Shown here: positions 8,940-17,674 of the stretch, piece by piece
Numbering within the stretch: position 1 is the first letter of the stretch
Layout of the letters: every line of letters starts with the position of its first letter
Assembly: GCA_037144355.1 (NCBI GenBank)
Contig: JBAWWY010000007.1
Coordinates: 1,083 to 65,082, forward strand
Origin: Eubacteriales bacterium
Lineage (GTDB): Bacteria; Bacillota; Clostridia; Peptostreptococcales; Anaerovoracaceae
DNA length: 64,000 nt
Direction: 5' to 3'
Program-made: the position numbers and the translations under genes
The notes under the pieces: generated by a model
What the model was told of the DNA's origin: nothing
Databases searched by the model: none
The model's input: the letters and a program-made list of their open reading frames with translations, nothing else

Positions 8940-9212
8940 TTATTCTAAATCTAATCTATGACTATAGACATTGAAGATCTCAAATGTTAGATCTTTTTTA
9001 CCGTATTGAACCCAAAAGGTTGTATTACCTTCCTTAAAATGGGAAGTGAATCTATTGTTGGTTGGGTTGAATATTTTAAAATTAGTGCATTCTGCGAAAT
9101 GGATAACCTTTTGAATATCCGTTTCCAATATGCGCCTTTCTTCCATTGTTTTTTTAAGTTCTTCTGATATTGACAATACTATTTTCTGATAAACTTCTAT
9201 CTCTTCAACCAT
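8940..9212 (-). CDS. Small conserved protein homologous to the C-terminal domain of the 770-aa oxidoreductase at 11325-13637
   Basis: 90 aa. MEERRILETDIQKVIHFAE...FNPTNNRFTSHF...FWVQY...FEIFNVYSHRLDLE aligns with MEERLILDEDIQRVIEKAE...FNPKSGHFMASD...YWVEY...YEVFNAYSHRLKLIEE. Confidence 0.6.
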   Translation of the reverse strand: MVEEIEVYQKIVLSISEELKKTMEERRILETDIQKVIHFAECTNFKIFNPTNNRFTSHFKEGNTTFWVQYGKKDLTFEIFNVYSHRLDLE

Positions 9213-9230
9213 CTTGTTCTTTTCCTCTAT

Positions 9231-10382
9231 TCAAATACTAGCCTTTTGTCTGCTTAAGGTTTTAATTGCTTCAATCGTTTTTAAAATTTCATCCTCTGTA
9301 TTAAAATAACCAGGACTTAATCTAACTGTTCCAGATTCCAAAGTTCCAATGGTTTTGTGGGCCAATGGTGCGCAATGCAGTCCAGAACGCACATAAATAT
9401 CATATTCATCATCAAGCAAATAAGCCGTTTCAGAGGAATCCCTATCTTCTATGTTAAACGACAACACAGCCACTTGCTTGCGGCTATCGCAAGGTCCATA
9501 TAGAGTAACTCCTCTCACTTGCTTCAACTCATCAATCAAATATTGTGTTAGTCTCTTTTCATGCGCTCTAATCTTTTCCGAGGTTTCCGAAAAAATAAAT
9601 TCTATCCCAGCCCCTAGACCTACGATGCCCGGAGTGTTCAATGTCCCGCTTTCATATCGGTCCGGCAATATGAGCGGTTGGGTAATTTCTTCTGACTTGC
9701 TTCCTGTGCCGCCTTCTTTCAGAGTTCGTAATTCCAATCCTTCTTTAATATATAATATACCAGTCCCCTGAGGGCCTAAGAGTGACTTATGCCCTGGCGC
9801 AGCTAAGAAATCGCATGCCATTTCATTAACGTCGATATGGCAAATCCCTGCTGTTTGTGATGCATCAATCAAAAACAGCAAATTGTTTTTTCTACAAAGT
9901 TCTCCAATTTCCTTTAGTGGAAGAATTGTGCCAAGCACATTGGATGCATGAGTCATGGCAATCATTCGAGTGTTTGGGTTTATAGCCTTTTGAATGTCAT
10001 CCAAATTGATGGAACCTTCTGGGTTGCACTTGACTACGGATAATGAAATAGATTTTTCTGAAAGTCCTTTGAGTGGTCTAATGAGTGAATTATGCTCCAA
10101 GCTGGATACAATTACATGATCGCTAGGGTTTAATATCCCCTTTAAAGCCAGGTTCAATGAATCTGTCGCATTGCTGGTAAAAATAAGTTGCATTGGGTTT
10201 GAAATATTAAATAGTTTTGCAACAAGTTCTCTAGTTTTATAAATTTCTCTTCCAGCTTTTAATGAAAGCTTATGCCCCGATCTTCCAGGATTTGCAGCAT
10301 ACTCACGCATACATTCGTCAACTGCCTGATAGACCCTTTCGGGCTTTGGGAAGGTCGTTGCAGCATTATCTAGATAAATCAT
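9231..10382 (-). CDS. Class V aminotransferase-fold cysteine desulfurase / selenocysteine lyase family protein
   Basis: 383 aa. IYLDNAATTFP N-terminus, FLAAPGHKSLLGPQGTG (PLP lysine region), and RSGLHCAPLAH (active-site Cys loop). Confidence 0.85.
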   Translation of the reverse strand: MIYLDNAATTFPKPERVYQAVDECMREYAANPGRSGHKLSLKAGREIYKTRELVAKLFNISNPMQLIFTSNATDSLNLALKGILNPSDHVIVSSLEHNSLIRPLKGLSEKSISLSVVKCNPEGSINLDDIQKAINPNTRMIAMTHASNVLGTILPLKEIGELCRKNNLLFLIDASQTAGICHIDVNEMACDFLAAPGHKSLLGPQGTGILYIKEGLELRTLKEGGTGSKSEEITQPLILPDRYESGTLNTPGIVGLGAGIEFIFSETSEKIRAHEKRLTQYLIDELKQVRGVTLYGPCDSRKQVAVLSFNIEDRDSSETAYLLDDEYDIYVRSGLHCAPLAHKTIGTLESGTVRLSPGYFNTEDEILKTIEAIKTLSRQKASI

Positions 10383-10397
10383 TTATTTGCTCCTCTT

Positions 10398-10679
10398 TTA
10401 TTCGTTTTCTATTCCCAAATCAATTTTCTCAATTTCTCTTTTTCCATCCACTTTCTGATTGCTTAATCGATAAAATCCATAAGGCACCTTCATTGATTGA
10501 AGGAATTCCTTTATCGCTTTAAAATCCAACGAAAATATTTTAATAGACAAGCCACAGCTATTGGTAATCTCTCTAGGTGTTGGAATTGTGGCAATCCTAA
10601 AGTAATCCTTTATTCGTATCTCAGTTTGTATCGCATGGCTGGTTGAATCAAAGGATAGAACATAAAAAAAATCGTCCAT
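10398..10679 (-). CDS. DUF3343-type small protein (putative S/Se carrier partner)
   Basis: 93 aa: FDSTSHAIQTEIRIKD...ATIPTPREITNSCGLSIKI. This is the pattern typical of DUF3343, and the gene is positioned between the desulfurase and YedF. Confidence 0.6.
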   Translation of the reverse strand: MDDFFYVLSFDSTSHAIQTEIRIKDYFRIATIPTPREITNSCGLSIKIFSLDFKAIKEFLQSMKVPYGFYRLSNQKVDGKREIEKIDLGIENE

Positions 10680-10697
10680 TGTATTTCACCTTTTCTG

Positions 10698-11276
10698 TTA
10701 TATTTTAATTGAATTACTTGCATTGTTTAGTTTTTCCACTATAGAGTACATATTAGATACTGAACCAATAATCAATTTATCGGTCAAACCGTAAAAATTC
10801 AAGCAGGCTCCACAAGTTAATATTTCTATACCATCGGCTTCCAATGTTCTTAGACTTTCTTCCACGACAGAACCCTCAACTGTGAAAAATACGCCACTAT
10901 TGATAAAAATCAATGTCTTAGGTCTAGGTGTCACTTCTGTAATTGCATACAGGTAACTTTTCATGAGGCTTTCTCCCAGCTCTTTTGCGCCTTGCCCAAA
11001 CGTATCTGTGCTGACAAGAATTACTAAACTGCCTTCTTTCTCAAAAGCTTCAATATCTTTCTCCTTTTGAATTGTAACTTTGTATAAATTCTTATCCTGG
11101 ATATTACTAACAGTATATCCAAGGCTTTCGGCAAAATTGGTCAGATTTTTAAGAGCAATATCATTGTCTACAATAGTTGTAACTGTACCTTCCGTCATTG
11201 TGTCCAATAATCTCTTTGTTTCTATAATTGGTTTTGGGCATTCCCATCCTTGCGCATTGATAATTTGTTCCATCAT
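10698..11276 (-). CDS. yedF: YedF-type protein: TusA/SirA-like N-domain fused to a DsrE-like C-domain (selenium/sulfur metabolism protein YedF family)
   Basis: 192 aa. The N-terminus GWECPKPIIETKRLL carries the CPxP motif of TusA-like proteins. The C-terminal half resembles DsrE (ILTCGACLNFYGL). Confidence 0.75.
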   Translation of the reverse strand: MMEQIINAQGWECPKPIIETKRLLDTMTEGTVTTIVDNDIALKNLTNFAESLGYTVSNIQDKNLYKVTIQKEKDIEAFEKEGSLVILVSTDTFGQGAKELGESLMKSYLYAITEVTPRPKTLIFINSGVFFTVEGSVVEESLRTLEADGIEILTCGACLNFYGLTDKLIIGSVSNMYSIVEKLNNASNSIKI

Positions 11277-11324
11277 TTTACCTCCTGATTAAGAAATAAC
11301 CATTTAAAGCTTACGAATAAGCAA

Positions 11325-13637
11325 CTACTCTTCAATCAACTTTAACCGATGAGAGTAAGCATTAAAAACCTCATACCTATCATCTGTTATTATATATTCT
11401 ACCCAGTAAGTTATCAAATCATGTTTGTCGCTAGCCATAAAATGTCCACTTTTGGGATTGAAAGTTTTATTCCCTGTTCTCTCAGCTTTTTCAATGACCC
11501 TTTGAATATCTTCATCTAAAATCAAACGCTCTTCCATGTCATCAATGACCTGTTTATTTAAGTTAATTTTAATATTATAATAATTATTGTCCAACTCAAT
11601 ATATTTTTCATCCCAAAGAGTGGAAAGCAATTCCTTTTTCAACCTTATTCTATTTATTCTTTTTTGAGAAATTGGTTCAGGTATTTTTGTTGAAAATACC
11701 TCTGTGTCGTTTCCATAAATTATATCTAAGATATGGTGGGTCGGCTTGTTTTTTAATGTGAAATAATTCTTGCACATAATACAATATGCTACATAATCCC
11801 TTTTGCTTTCGCTTATTCTTCCCTTTACTATGGTCTCTGTCAATTTCTTGTTTCCATAAAATATTAATCCACCATAACCGCAACATTTGGTCTTATCTTT
11901 GCTATATTTCAACTCTTCAATGGAATACCCAGTTTTCTCCAAAATACTTCTTACGCTTTTCTGCATTTTGGGCTCATGTCTAGCGGTGCATGAATCATGA
12001 ATAGAAATGATTTTCCCTTTATTACGCTCAACATCCGGTAAACCAAATTTGTCATACAACTCCCAGATTGAAATCAGATTCATTTCCGGGATTTCTTCTT
12101 TAAATTCCTTATGGCAGGTCGAGCAGGCGGTAATAATCGTAGGCTTTCCCATTGCATCCCATTCTTTCCTGAATTGAGCCATTACCCCCTTGTATGTATC
12201 TTTTCGGCCAGCCCAATCGGCGGGTGCTCCGCAACATCCCAACTTTATTCCAACGCCACCTTCAAGATTAGCTATTAGATATTCATACATAGGTTGAATG
12301 TAAAATGGAGTAGTTGCTCCCAGCTGACAACCTGGGAAAAACAGATAACTACTTTCAGTTTTACCTGGTTGATGCTTGCAAAGCGAAGCTGCTTCGCTAT
12401 TGCTAAAATCCATATCCTTGATTGGGAAATCATGTATGGTTAATGGCATGCTGTTGTCTTTGATCATATTTTGTCTTGCAGCCTTATTGATCTCTCCCAT
12501 ATTCAAGCCATTTGGGCAAAGTTCTTTGCAAAGTCCACATAAAGAACACGAGTTTATTAAATCTTTTGCAGTACGCAATCCAATTCCCCTAGTAGATAAA
12601 TTATTAAATATTTCTCGAATATATTTTCTTGGAAATTTTTCAAAAGATTCTAAATAAATGCATTCTTTGACGCATTCCATACACCTGCAGATAATACATC
12701 TTCCTGCTTCTTCCAAGGCTTCTTCCTTGGTATATCCTTCTATCTCATTTGATGGAAAGATTGGATTCTTCTTTTGGATTCCCTCAATGCTGGTAAATAA
12801 CTTTGTATCTAAATTGCCTTCGGCAACTCTGCTTGCAGTTAAAGAAACGCTTTTAAGGAAACGGTCTATAGACGTAGCTGCCTTTTTGCCTTCAACCATT
12901 TTAAAAACGATTGGATTCTCTAATTGAGCGGCAATATCGATTCGACTCACAAATACCTTTTCATTGGATGTTTGGAGAGTTTCTTCTATTACCTTGATGT
13001 GATTTTTTTTATCCTGCTCAAGATCAGATCCATTGATAAATTTATTTGCACTAATATATATGGCATCATATTCACTATAAAGTTCTATAAAGGAAATGTC
13101 TTTTCCCACTTCTTTGCCAAGTTTGATCTCTATTTCCAAATCGGATAAAAACCTGAAATCATTTTCCAAATCGCCTTTTGTTAATACTTTTGAATGATAT
13201 AGGCCTCCACCGAGATTGTTTTCTCTTTCATAAATTGTAACTTTAAAACCTTTTTCATATAAGCTGACCGCTGCGGAAAGTCCATCCACTCCAGCTCCAA
13301 TTATTGCAACTTTCTTATTGAGTTTCATAAAAGGTTCAATTTTATGAACAATATGTCCATAAGTTGCAACAGCATTTTCAATTTGAGGTATCATTAACGA
13401 TTGATCTACTTCTATGCGCTTGCAGAAATTCATACATGGAGCCGTGCACGTTTTAGAAACGATAATAGGAAAATATATGTTTTTGTATAAAACATCTGCG
13501 GCTTCTTCATAATTATTTTTTTGCACCCATCCCATCATACTTCGCACATCTAATCTCAGCGGACAAGCCGCAGTACAAAATGGAGCATGTTCTTCTATGC
13601 AATCTTTTTCTTTTGCTAATATTTCTCTTGTGTCCAT
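11325..13637 (-). CDS. Chimeric Fe-S flavoprotein: GltD-like N-terminus + FAD/NAD(P) Rossmann + 2x[4Fe-4S] ferredoxin + HdrD/GlpC-like CCG domains + C-terminal small domain
   Basis: 770 aa. Motifs in order: FCTAACPLRLD..CTAPCMNFC; VAIIGAGVDGLSAA..YERENNLGGG; CIICRCMECVKEC and CSLCGLCKELCPNG; cysteine-rich CCG-type repeats (FPGCQLG..CCGAP; HDSCTARH..KCCGYGG). The last ~85 aa are homologous to ORF 8940-9212. Confidence 0.7.
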   Translation of the reverse strand: MDTREILAKEKDCIEEHAPFCTAACPLRLDVRSMMGWVQKNNYEEAADVLYKNIYFPIIVSKTCTAPCMNFCKRIEVDQSLMIPQIENAVATYGHIVHKIEPFMKLNKKVAIIGAGVDGLSAAVSLYEKGFKVTIYERENNLGGGLYHSKVLTKGDLENDFRFLSDLEIEIKLGKEVGKDISFIELYSEYDAIYISANKFINGSDLEQDKKNHIKVIEETLQTSNEKVFVSRIDIAAQLENPIVFKMVEGKKAATSIDRFLKSVSLTASRVAEGNLDTKLFTSIEGIQKKNPIFPSNEIEGYTKEEALEEAGRCIICRCMECVKECIYLESFEKFPRKYIREIFNNLSTRGIGLRTAKDLINSCSLCGLCKELCPNGLNMGEINKAARQNMIKDNSMPLTIHDFPIKDMDFSNSEAASLCKHQPGKTESSYLFFPGCQLGATTPFYIQPMYEYLIANLEGGVGIKLGCCGAPADWAGRKDTYKGVMAQFRKEWDAMGKPTIITACSTCHKEFKEEIPEMNLISIWELYDKFGLPDVERNKGKIISIHDSCTARHEPKMQKSVRSILEKTGYSIEELKYSKDKTKCCGYGGLIFYGNKKLTETIVKGRISESKRDYVAYCIMCKNYFTLKNKPTHHILDIIYGNDTEVFSTKIPEPISQKRINRIRLKKELLSTLWDEKYIELDNNYYNIKINLNKQVIDDMEERLILDEDIQRVIEKAERTGNKTFNPKSGHFMASDKHDLITYWVEYIITDDRYEVFNAYSHRLKLIEE

Positions 13638-13671
13638 TGGAAGTCATTCCCCTCTGCATACCTATATGGGG

Positions 13672-13700
13672 AAAAAGAGGGCAATCTCAGCCCTCTTTTT
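13672..13700 (-). terminator. Hairpin with flanking A/T runs between the oxidoreductase structural gene and the accessory operon
   Basis: AAAAAGAGGGC-7 nt-GCCCTCTTTTT. It lies 29 nt downstream of the stop at 13729 and 35 nt upstream of the start at 13637. Confidence 0.6.
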
Positions 13701-13728
13701 CCCAGTATTTATAGGTAATATAATGATC

Positions 13729-16485
13729 TTATTTAGGCATTGCTGCCAATACTTTTTCTGGAAGAATCGGTAAATCTCTAACTCTTGCACCGCAAGCATC
13801 TGCGATTGCATTGGCAATTGCTGCATGAGGGCTGCAATGAACAACCTCGCCAATACCGGATGAACCGAATTTGCTATGTGGTCTTGGTGTTTCAAGATAG
13901 ATTAATTCGATGTCATCAGGAACATCAGCGATAAAAGGTATTCCGCATTTCATAAGCGTATTATGTTTTGTTAGATCCTCAAAATCCTCGCTTAACGCTA
14001 AGCCGATTGATTGCGCTAATCCGCCATAAGCCTGTCCATCAACAACAGTTTTGTTCCCTATCTTGCCTACATCGTAAACTCCAGTTGCTTTAACAACTTT
14101 AACTTTACCTGTTTTAACATCCACTTCAGCTTCAGTTACGAACGCGCCATACATGAATGCCACATAAGGATTGAATTGACCTGTCTTTTCATCAATTGTA
14201 GTACAAAGCGGCGTACTGGAATAATTGCCAGTGTAATAAGTATCAATATTTTCCGCTTTCATTTCTTCTAATGTTCTAAATGATCCATCTGCTTTTTTCA
14301 TAGCCTTGATTAAGTTTTCGCAAGCATCTCCTATTGCATTTCCTACAAACAATTGGCTTCTACTTCCAGCTGCAGGACCACTGTCAGGGCATTTTGCCAT
14401 ATCATTCAGTACAAGTTTGATGTCTTCTGGCTTGATTTTCAACTCTCTTAATGCTTCATGAGAAGTTGATAATGCTCCCATATCTCCACCCTGGCCATGA
14501 TCTTCCCAAGTTGTATATATTGCTACTTTGCCGTCGCCGATTAATTCACATGCCGCTGTTGATTCATCAACTGTATCATTTCCAACACAGTAAATCCCAA
14601 GAGCGACACCAACGCCTCGTCTTTTTTCAGGTGTGTCAAACTTTGCTTTTCTTTCTAATGCTTCCTTATATTTAGGCCTTAAGATGTCGAAAATCTGTTT
14701 TAGAACATAAACATCTGGAGCGCTTCCTGTAGGTGTAGTGGACCCTTTTTCAGGATCATACAAGTTGTTATATCTGAACTCAAAAGGATCTTGACCGAAT
14801 TTTCTAGCCAATTCATCTATGGCGCTTTCACCTGCGAGAAAACTTTGAGGTGAACCATAAGCTCTCATTGGTGCTCCATAGCAATGATTTGTAAATGTCA
14901 TTTTTCCTAATGCTCTGATATTGTCAAGATGGTACCCTGCTCCAATGAACTGATTTCCCTTAGTTAGGAGCAAATCAGAAAATTCAGAGTAAGCGCCATG
15001 ATCTGCAAGGAAATTTGATTCCATTCCAAGCAATTTTCCATCTTTGTCACATCCCATTTTAAGCTTCATAAAGAATGGTGAACGTTTTCCAGTATAAGTA
15101 ATAGACTGAGCCATATCCATTTCCAAATAACAAGGTTTGCCAGTTGCCATTACAGCAATCCCGATATATTGTTCGATTGTATTGCAAAGCTTATATCCGA
15201 ATGTTCCGCCAGCGTTATTTTGGATGTATCTGAACTTCTCTGGGTCTATTCCAAGAGCGTCTACAATCATAACTGAATTCAAGTAAATTCCAACTGACTT
15301 TGAACAAATAGTTAAACGTTCTTCTTCGTCCCAATATCCATATGCTACATCTGGCTCTAAGAAAAGATGTGGCTGTCTTTGCACATAATATTCTTCTTCA
15401 ATAACGGCTGCTGCCTTGTCAAATAAAGTTTTTGGATCTACTCCCTTTATTGTTGCCTGTTCAAAGTGAATATTAGGTGTGCCAGGGTGAATTTCTAATG
15501 CATCAGGTGCCGCTGCAGCTTTTGCATTCATGTAGGCTGGCAATTCTTCAACTTTAACTACAACTTTGTCTGCTGCCGCTCTTGCATGTTCCTCAGTGTC
15601 AGCACAGACAATCGCCATTACATCCCCAAATTGAAATATTTTTTCGTCACAAAGAAGTGGTCTATCAAAACCATCTCCCTTATTCCATGGATAAGTTACA
15701 AATCCATTTACACGATTTGTCCCCTTAACATCTTTTGCAGTTAACACAGCTTCCACGCCAGGCATTTTTTCTGCTTCAGCGAAATCAATTGAAAGAATAT
15801 TCGCATGTGAAACTTTGGCTTGAACTAGTGCTAGTTTTAGGACTCCTTCAGGTAATTTTGTTCCTGTATCCGCGCCGTAGTCAAAAGTACCTGTTACTTT
15901 TGCTATTCCGGATGGACGTGGATAATCAGTTCCATAAATTCTGCCATCAGCAGGCATTTTGAACTGTAATTCCTCAATTTTCATTTCGCCGCGCATTACT
16001 TTTGCAGCTGCCATTACTGCATCAACGATTGGTTTATAACCAGTACATCGACAAACATTTCTGTTTTTTTGGAACCAGTCTCTAACTTGTTCTCTTGTTG
16101 GATTACTATTTTGATCTAATAGGTTTTTTGCTGCCACAATAAATCCTGGCGTACATATACCACATTGTGCTGCTCCATGTTTTACCCAGGCAGCTTGCAA
16201 TGGATGAAGATTGTCAGGATTTCCAACACCTTCAATAGTAGTAATTGTAGCTCCATCAGCAACCTTGTTCATTTTAACCAGGCATGCTCTTACAACCTTG
16301 CCATCTAAAATAACTGAGCAAATACCACATTGATTGACACGACATCCAACTTTTGTTCCAGTCATTCCCAATTGTTTTCTAATAACATCAACCAGGATTT
16401 CCTCTCCAGTAACTAGCACGGTTCTTATACTGCCATTTACCATCAAGTCTTTTCTCTTGTAGATTTTCTTTGCATTTTCAGACAT
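13729..16485 (-). CDS. Molybdopterin-dependent aldehyde oxidoreductase / molybdenum hydroxylase, single-polypeptide Mop type (2x[2Fe-2S] + Mo-pterin domains, no FAD domain)
   Basis: 918 aa. The N-terminus has GCRVNQCGICSV and CGICTPGFIV (two 2Fe-2S sites). A long a/b-hammerhead and Mo-binding region follows. The C-terminal SSGIGEVV contains the conserved catalytic Glu context. Size and architecture match the D. gigas aldehyde oxidoreductase type. Confidence 0.85.
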   Translation of the reverse strand: MSENAKKIYKRKDLMVNGSIRTVLVTGEEILVDVIRKQLGMTGTKVGCRVNQCGICSVILDGKVVRACLVKMNKVADGATITTIEGVGNPDNLHPLQAAWVKHGAAQCGICTPGFIVAAKNLLDQNSNPTREQVRDWFQKNRNVCRCTGYKPIVDAVMAAAKVMRGEMKIEELQFKMPADGRIYGTDYPRPSGIAKVTGTFDYGADTGTKLPEGVLKLALVQAKVSHANILSIDFAEAEKMPGVEAVLTAKDVKGTNRVNGFVTYPWNKGDGFDRPLLCDEKIFQFGDVMAIVCADTEEHARAAADKVVVKVEELPAYMNAKAAAAPDALEIHPGTPNIHFEQATIKGVDPKTLFDKAAAVIEEEYYVQRQPHLFLEPDVAYGYWDEEERLTICSKSVGIYLNSVMIVDALGIDPEKFRYIQNNAGGTFGYKLCNTIEQYIGIAVMATGKPCYLEMDMAQSITYTGKRSPFFMKLKMGCDKDGKLLGMESNFLADHGAYSEFSDLLLTKGNQFIGAGYHLDNIRALGKMTFTNHCYGAPMRAYGSPQSFLAGESAIDELARKFGQDPFEFRYNNLYDPEKGSTTPTGSAPDVYVLKQIFDILRPKYKEALERKAKFDTPEKRRGVGVALGIYCVGNDTVDESTAACELIGDGKVAIYTTWEDHGQGGDMGALSTSHEALRELKIKPEDIKLVLNDMAKCPDSGPAAGSRSQLFVGNAIGDACENLIKAMKKADGSFRTLEEMKAENIDTYYTGNYSSTPLCTTIDEKTGQFNPYVAFMYGAFVTEAEVDVKTGKVKVVKATGVYDVGKIGNKTVVDGQAYGGLAQSIGLALSEDFEDLTKHNTLMKCGIPFIADVPDDIELIYLETPRPHSKFGSSGIGEVVHCSPHAAIANAIADACGARVRDLPILPEKVLAAMPK

Positions 16486-16598
16486 AAATAAACCTCCTTC
16501 AGAAACAATATAATGTAAAGCATTGAATAATATTTCTTGTTCAATTATTTAAATAGCTTCTACCCATTGGGTAGGTGCTAAAAAAAACTTTTTATTTG

Positions 16599-17639
16599 TT
16601 AATAGCCAAAGCTGCAATCCGGATATGTGCAGTTTTCGCACGCAAGACACATTCCACCGTAGGCAAGTTTAGTGATATCTTCCCTTGTAATCTTTTCACC
16701 TGAAAGTATTCTTGGTATAACCAAATCAAATACACTCGCTTTATGATACATGACACATCCAGGTAATCCAACTACAGGAATATCTCCGATTTCAGCAAGC
16801 ATAAACATGGCGCCAGGCAATACTGGAGCACCATAGGTGATTACCTTTCCACCAGCGGCTCTGATTCCAGAAGGCGAGAGATCGTCTGGGTCTACTGACA
16901 TCCCACCAGTTACAGCTATCATATCCGCACCTTTGCCAAGCAAATCATGAACCGCTTTTACAATTTCCTCAATTGAATCAGGCACAAATATTTGCTGCAT
17001 TATATGGCTTCCAAGTGCTTCAAATTTTGTTTTCAATATAGGCCCAAATTGATCCTTTATTCTTCCGTGATATATTTCACTGCCAGTTGTAATGACTCCA
17101 ACCTGGAAACTTTTAAAAGGTTTGACCTCAATTATTGGATCATTACCACCGCACAACTCTTCAATCTGTCTTAAAAAATGGTCTTCAATAACTAATGGTA
17201 CAATTCGTGCTCCAGCGACTTGTTTCCCCTTTTGCACAAACCTATTTCCCTTAATTGTTGACAAAACAATCTGATCTATTGCATTGACTTCGAATAATCT
17301 TTCTACATTGATTTTAAGCAATCCTTCTATGGCCGCTGTTATTACTACCTTGCCCTCGTTTGGTTCAGTAAATTCAACACCACTTCCTGATGCAGCCATT
17401 GCAATTTGCATGGCAGCTTCATTTTCATGAGTATAACCATTCTGCAAATCCCAAACATAAATATTTTCTTTCCCAATATCAAGCAGCTTGGCAATATCCT
17501 CGCTCTTAATAATATGTCCTTTTTTAAAAAGTCTTCCCTTGAATTCTCCAGGAACAATTTTCGTTATATCGTGGCAGAGGGTCATTCCAACTGCATCTCT
17601 AACATTTACACATTCCAATTTTTCACCTTCATCATTCAA
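16599..17639 (-). CDS. Molybdopterin-binding protein (MoeA-like N/linker region + MoCF-biosynthesis domain) with a Cys-rich C-terminus
   Basis: 346 aa. VGVITTGSEI..., AVTGGMSVDPDDLSP (MoaB/MogA/MoeA-type domain), and C-terminal CLACENCTYPDC. Confidence 0.7.
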   Translation of the reverse strand: MNDEGEKLECVNVRDAVGMTLCHDITKIVPGEFKGRLFKKGHIIKSEDIAKLLDIGKENIYVWDLQNGYTHENEAAMQIAMAASGSGVEFTEPNEGKVVITAAIEGLLKINVERLFEVNAIDQIVLSTIKGNRFVQKGKQVAGARIVPLVIEDHFLRQIEELCGGNDPIIEVKPFKSFQVGVITTGSEIYHGRIKDQFGPILKTKFEALGSHIMQQIFVPDSIEEIVKAVHDLLGKGADMIAVTGGMSVDPDDLSPSGIRAAGGKVITYGAPVLPGAMFMLAEIGDIPVVGLPGCVMYHKASVFDLVIPRILSGEKITREDITKLAYGGMCLACENCTYPDCSFGY

Positions 17640-17674
17640 TATATAATCAATTAATTTGCATATTATTACTATTT

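Noticed and set aside
13662-13895. A 77-aa ORF on the minus strand overlapping the 3' end of the oxidoreductase gene and the terminator hairpin.
   Set aside because: It is out of frame inside a strongly supported 918-aa CDS and runs through the terminator. No RBS is present and the composition is implausible.
16486-16598. Looked for a Moco/Tuco riboswitch upstream of the Mop-type gene, and likewise upstream of modA (31037-31169) and the activase (18452-18814).
   Set aside because: The regions are short and AT-rich and lack the conserved GC-rich Moco-motif elements. At 16486-16598 only a hairpin (CTACCCA-TT-GGGTAG context) is seen, with the T-run on the wrong side for a minus-strand terminator.
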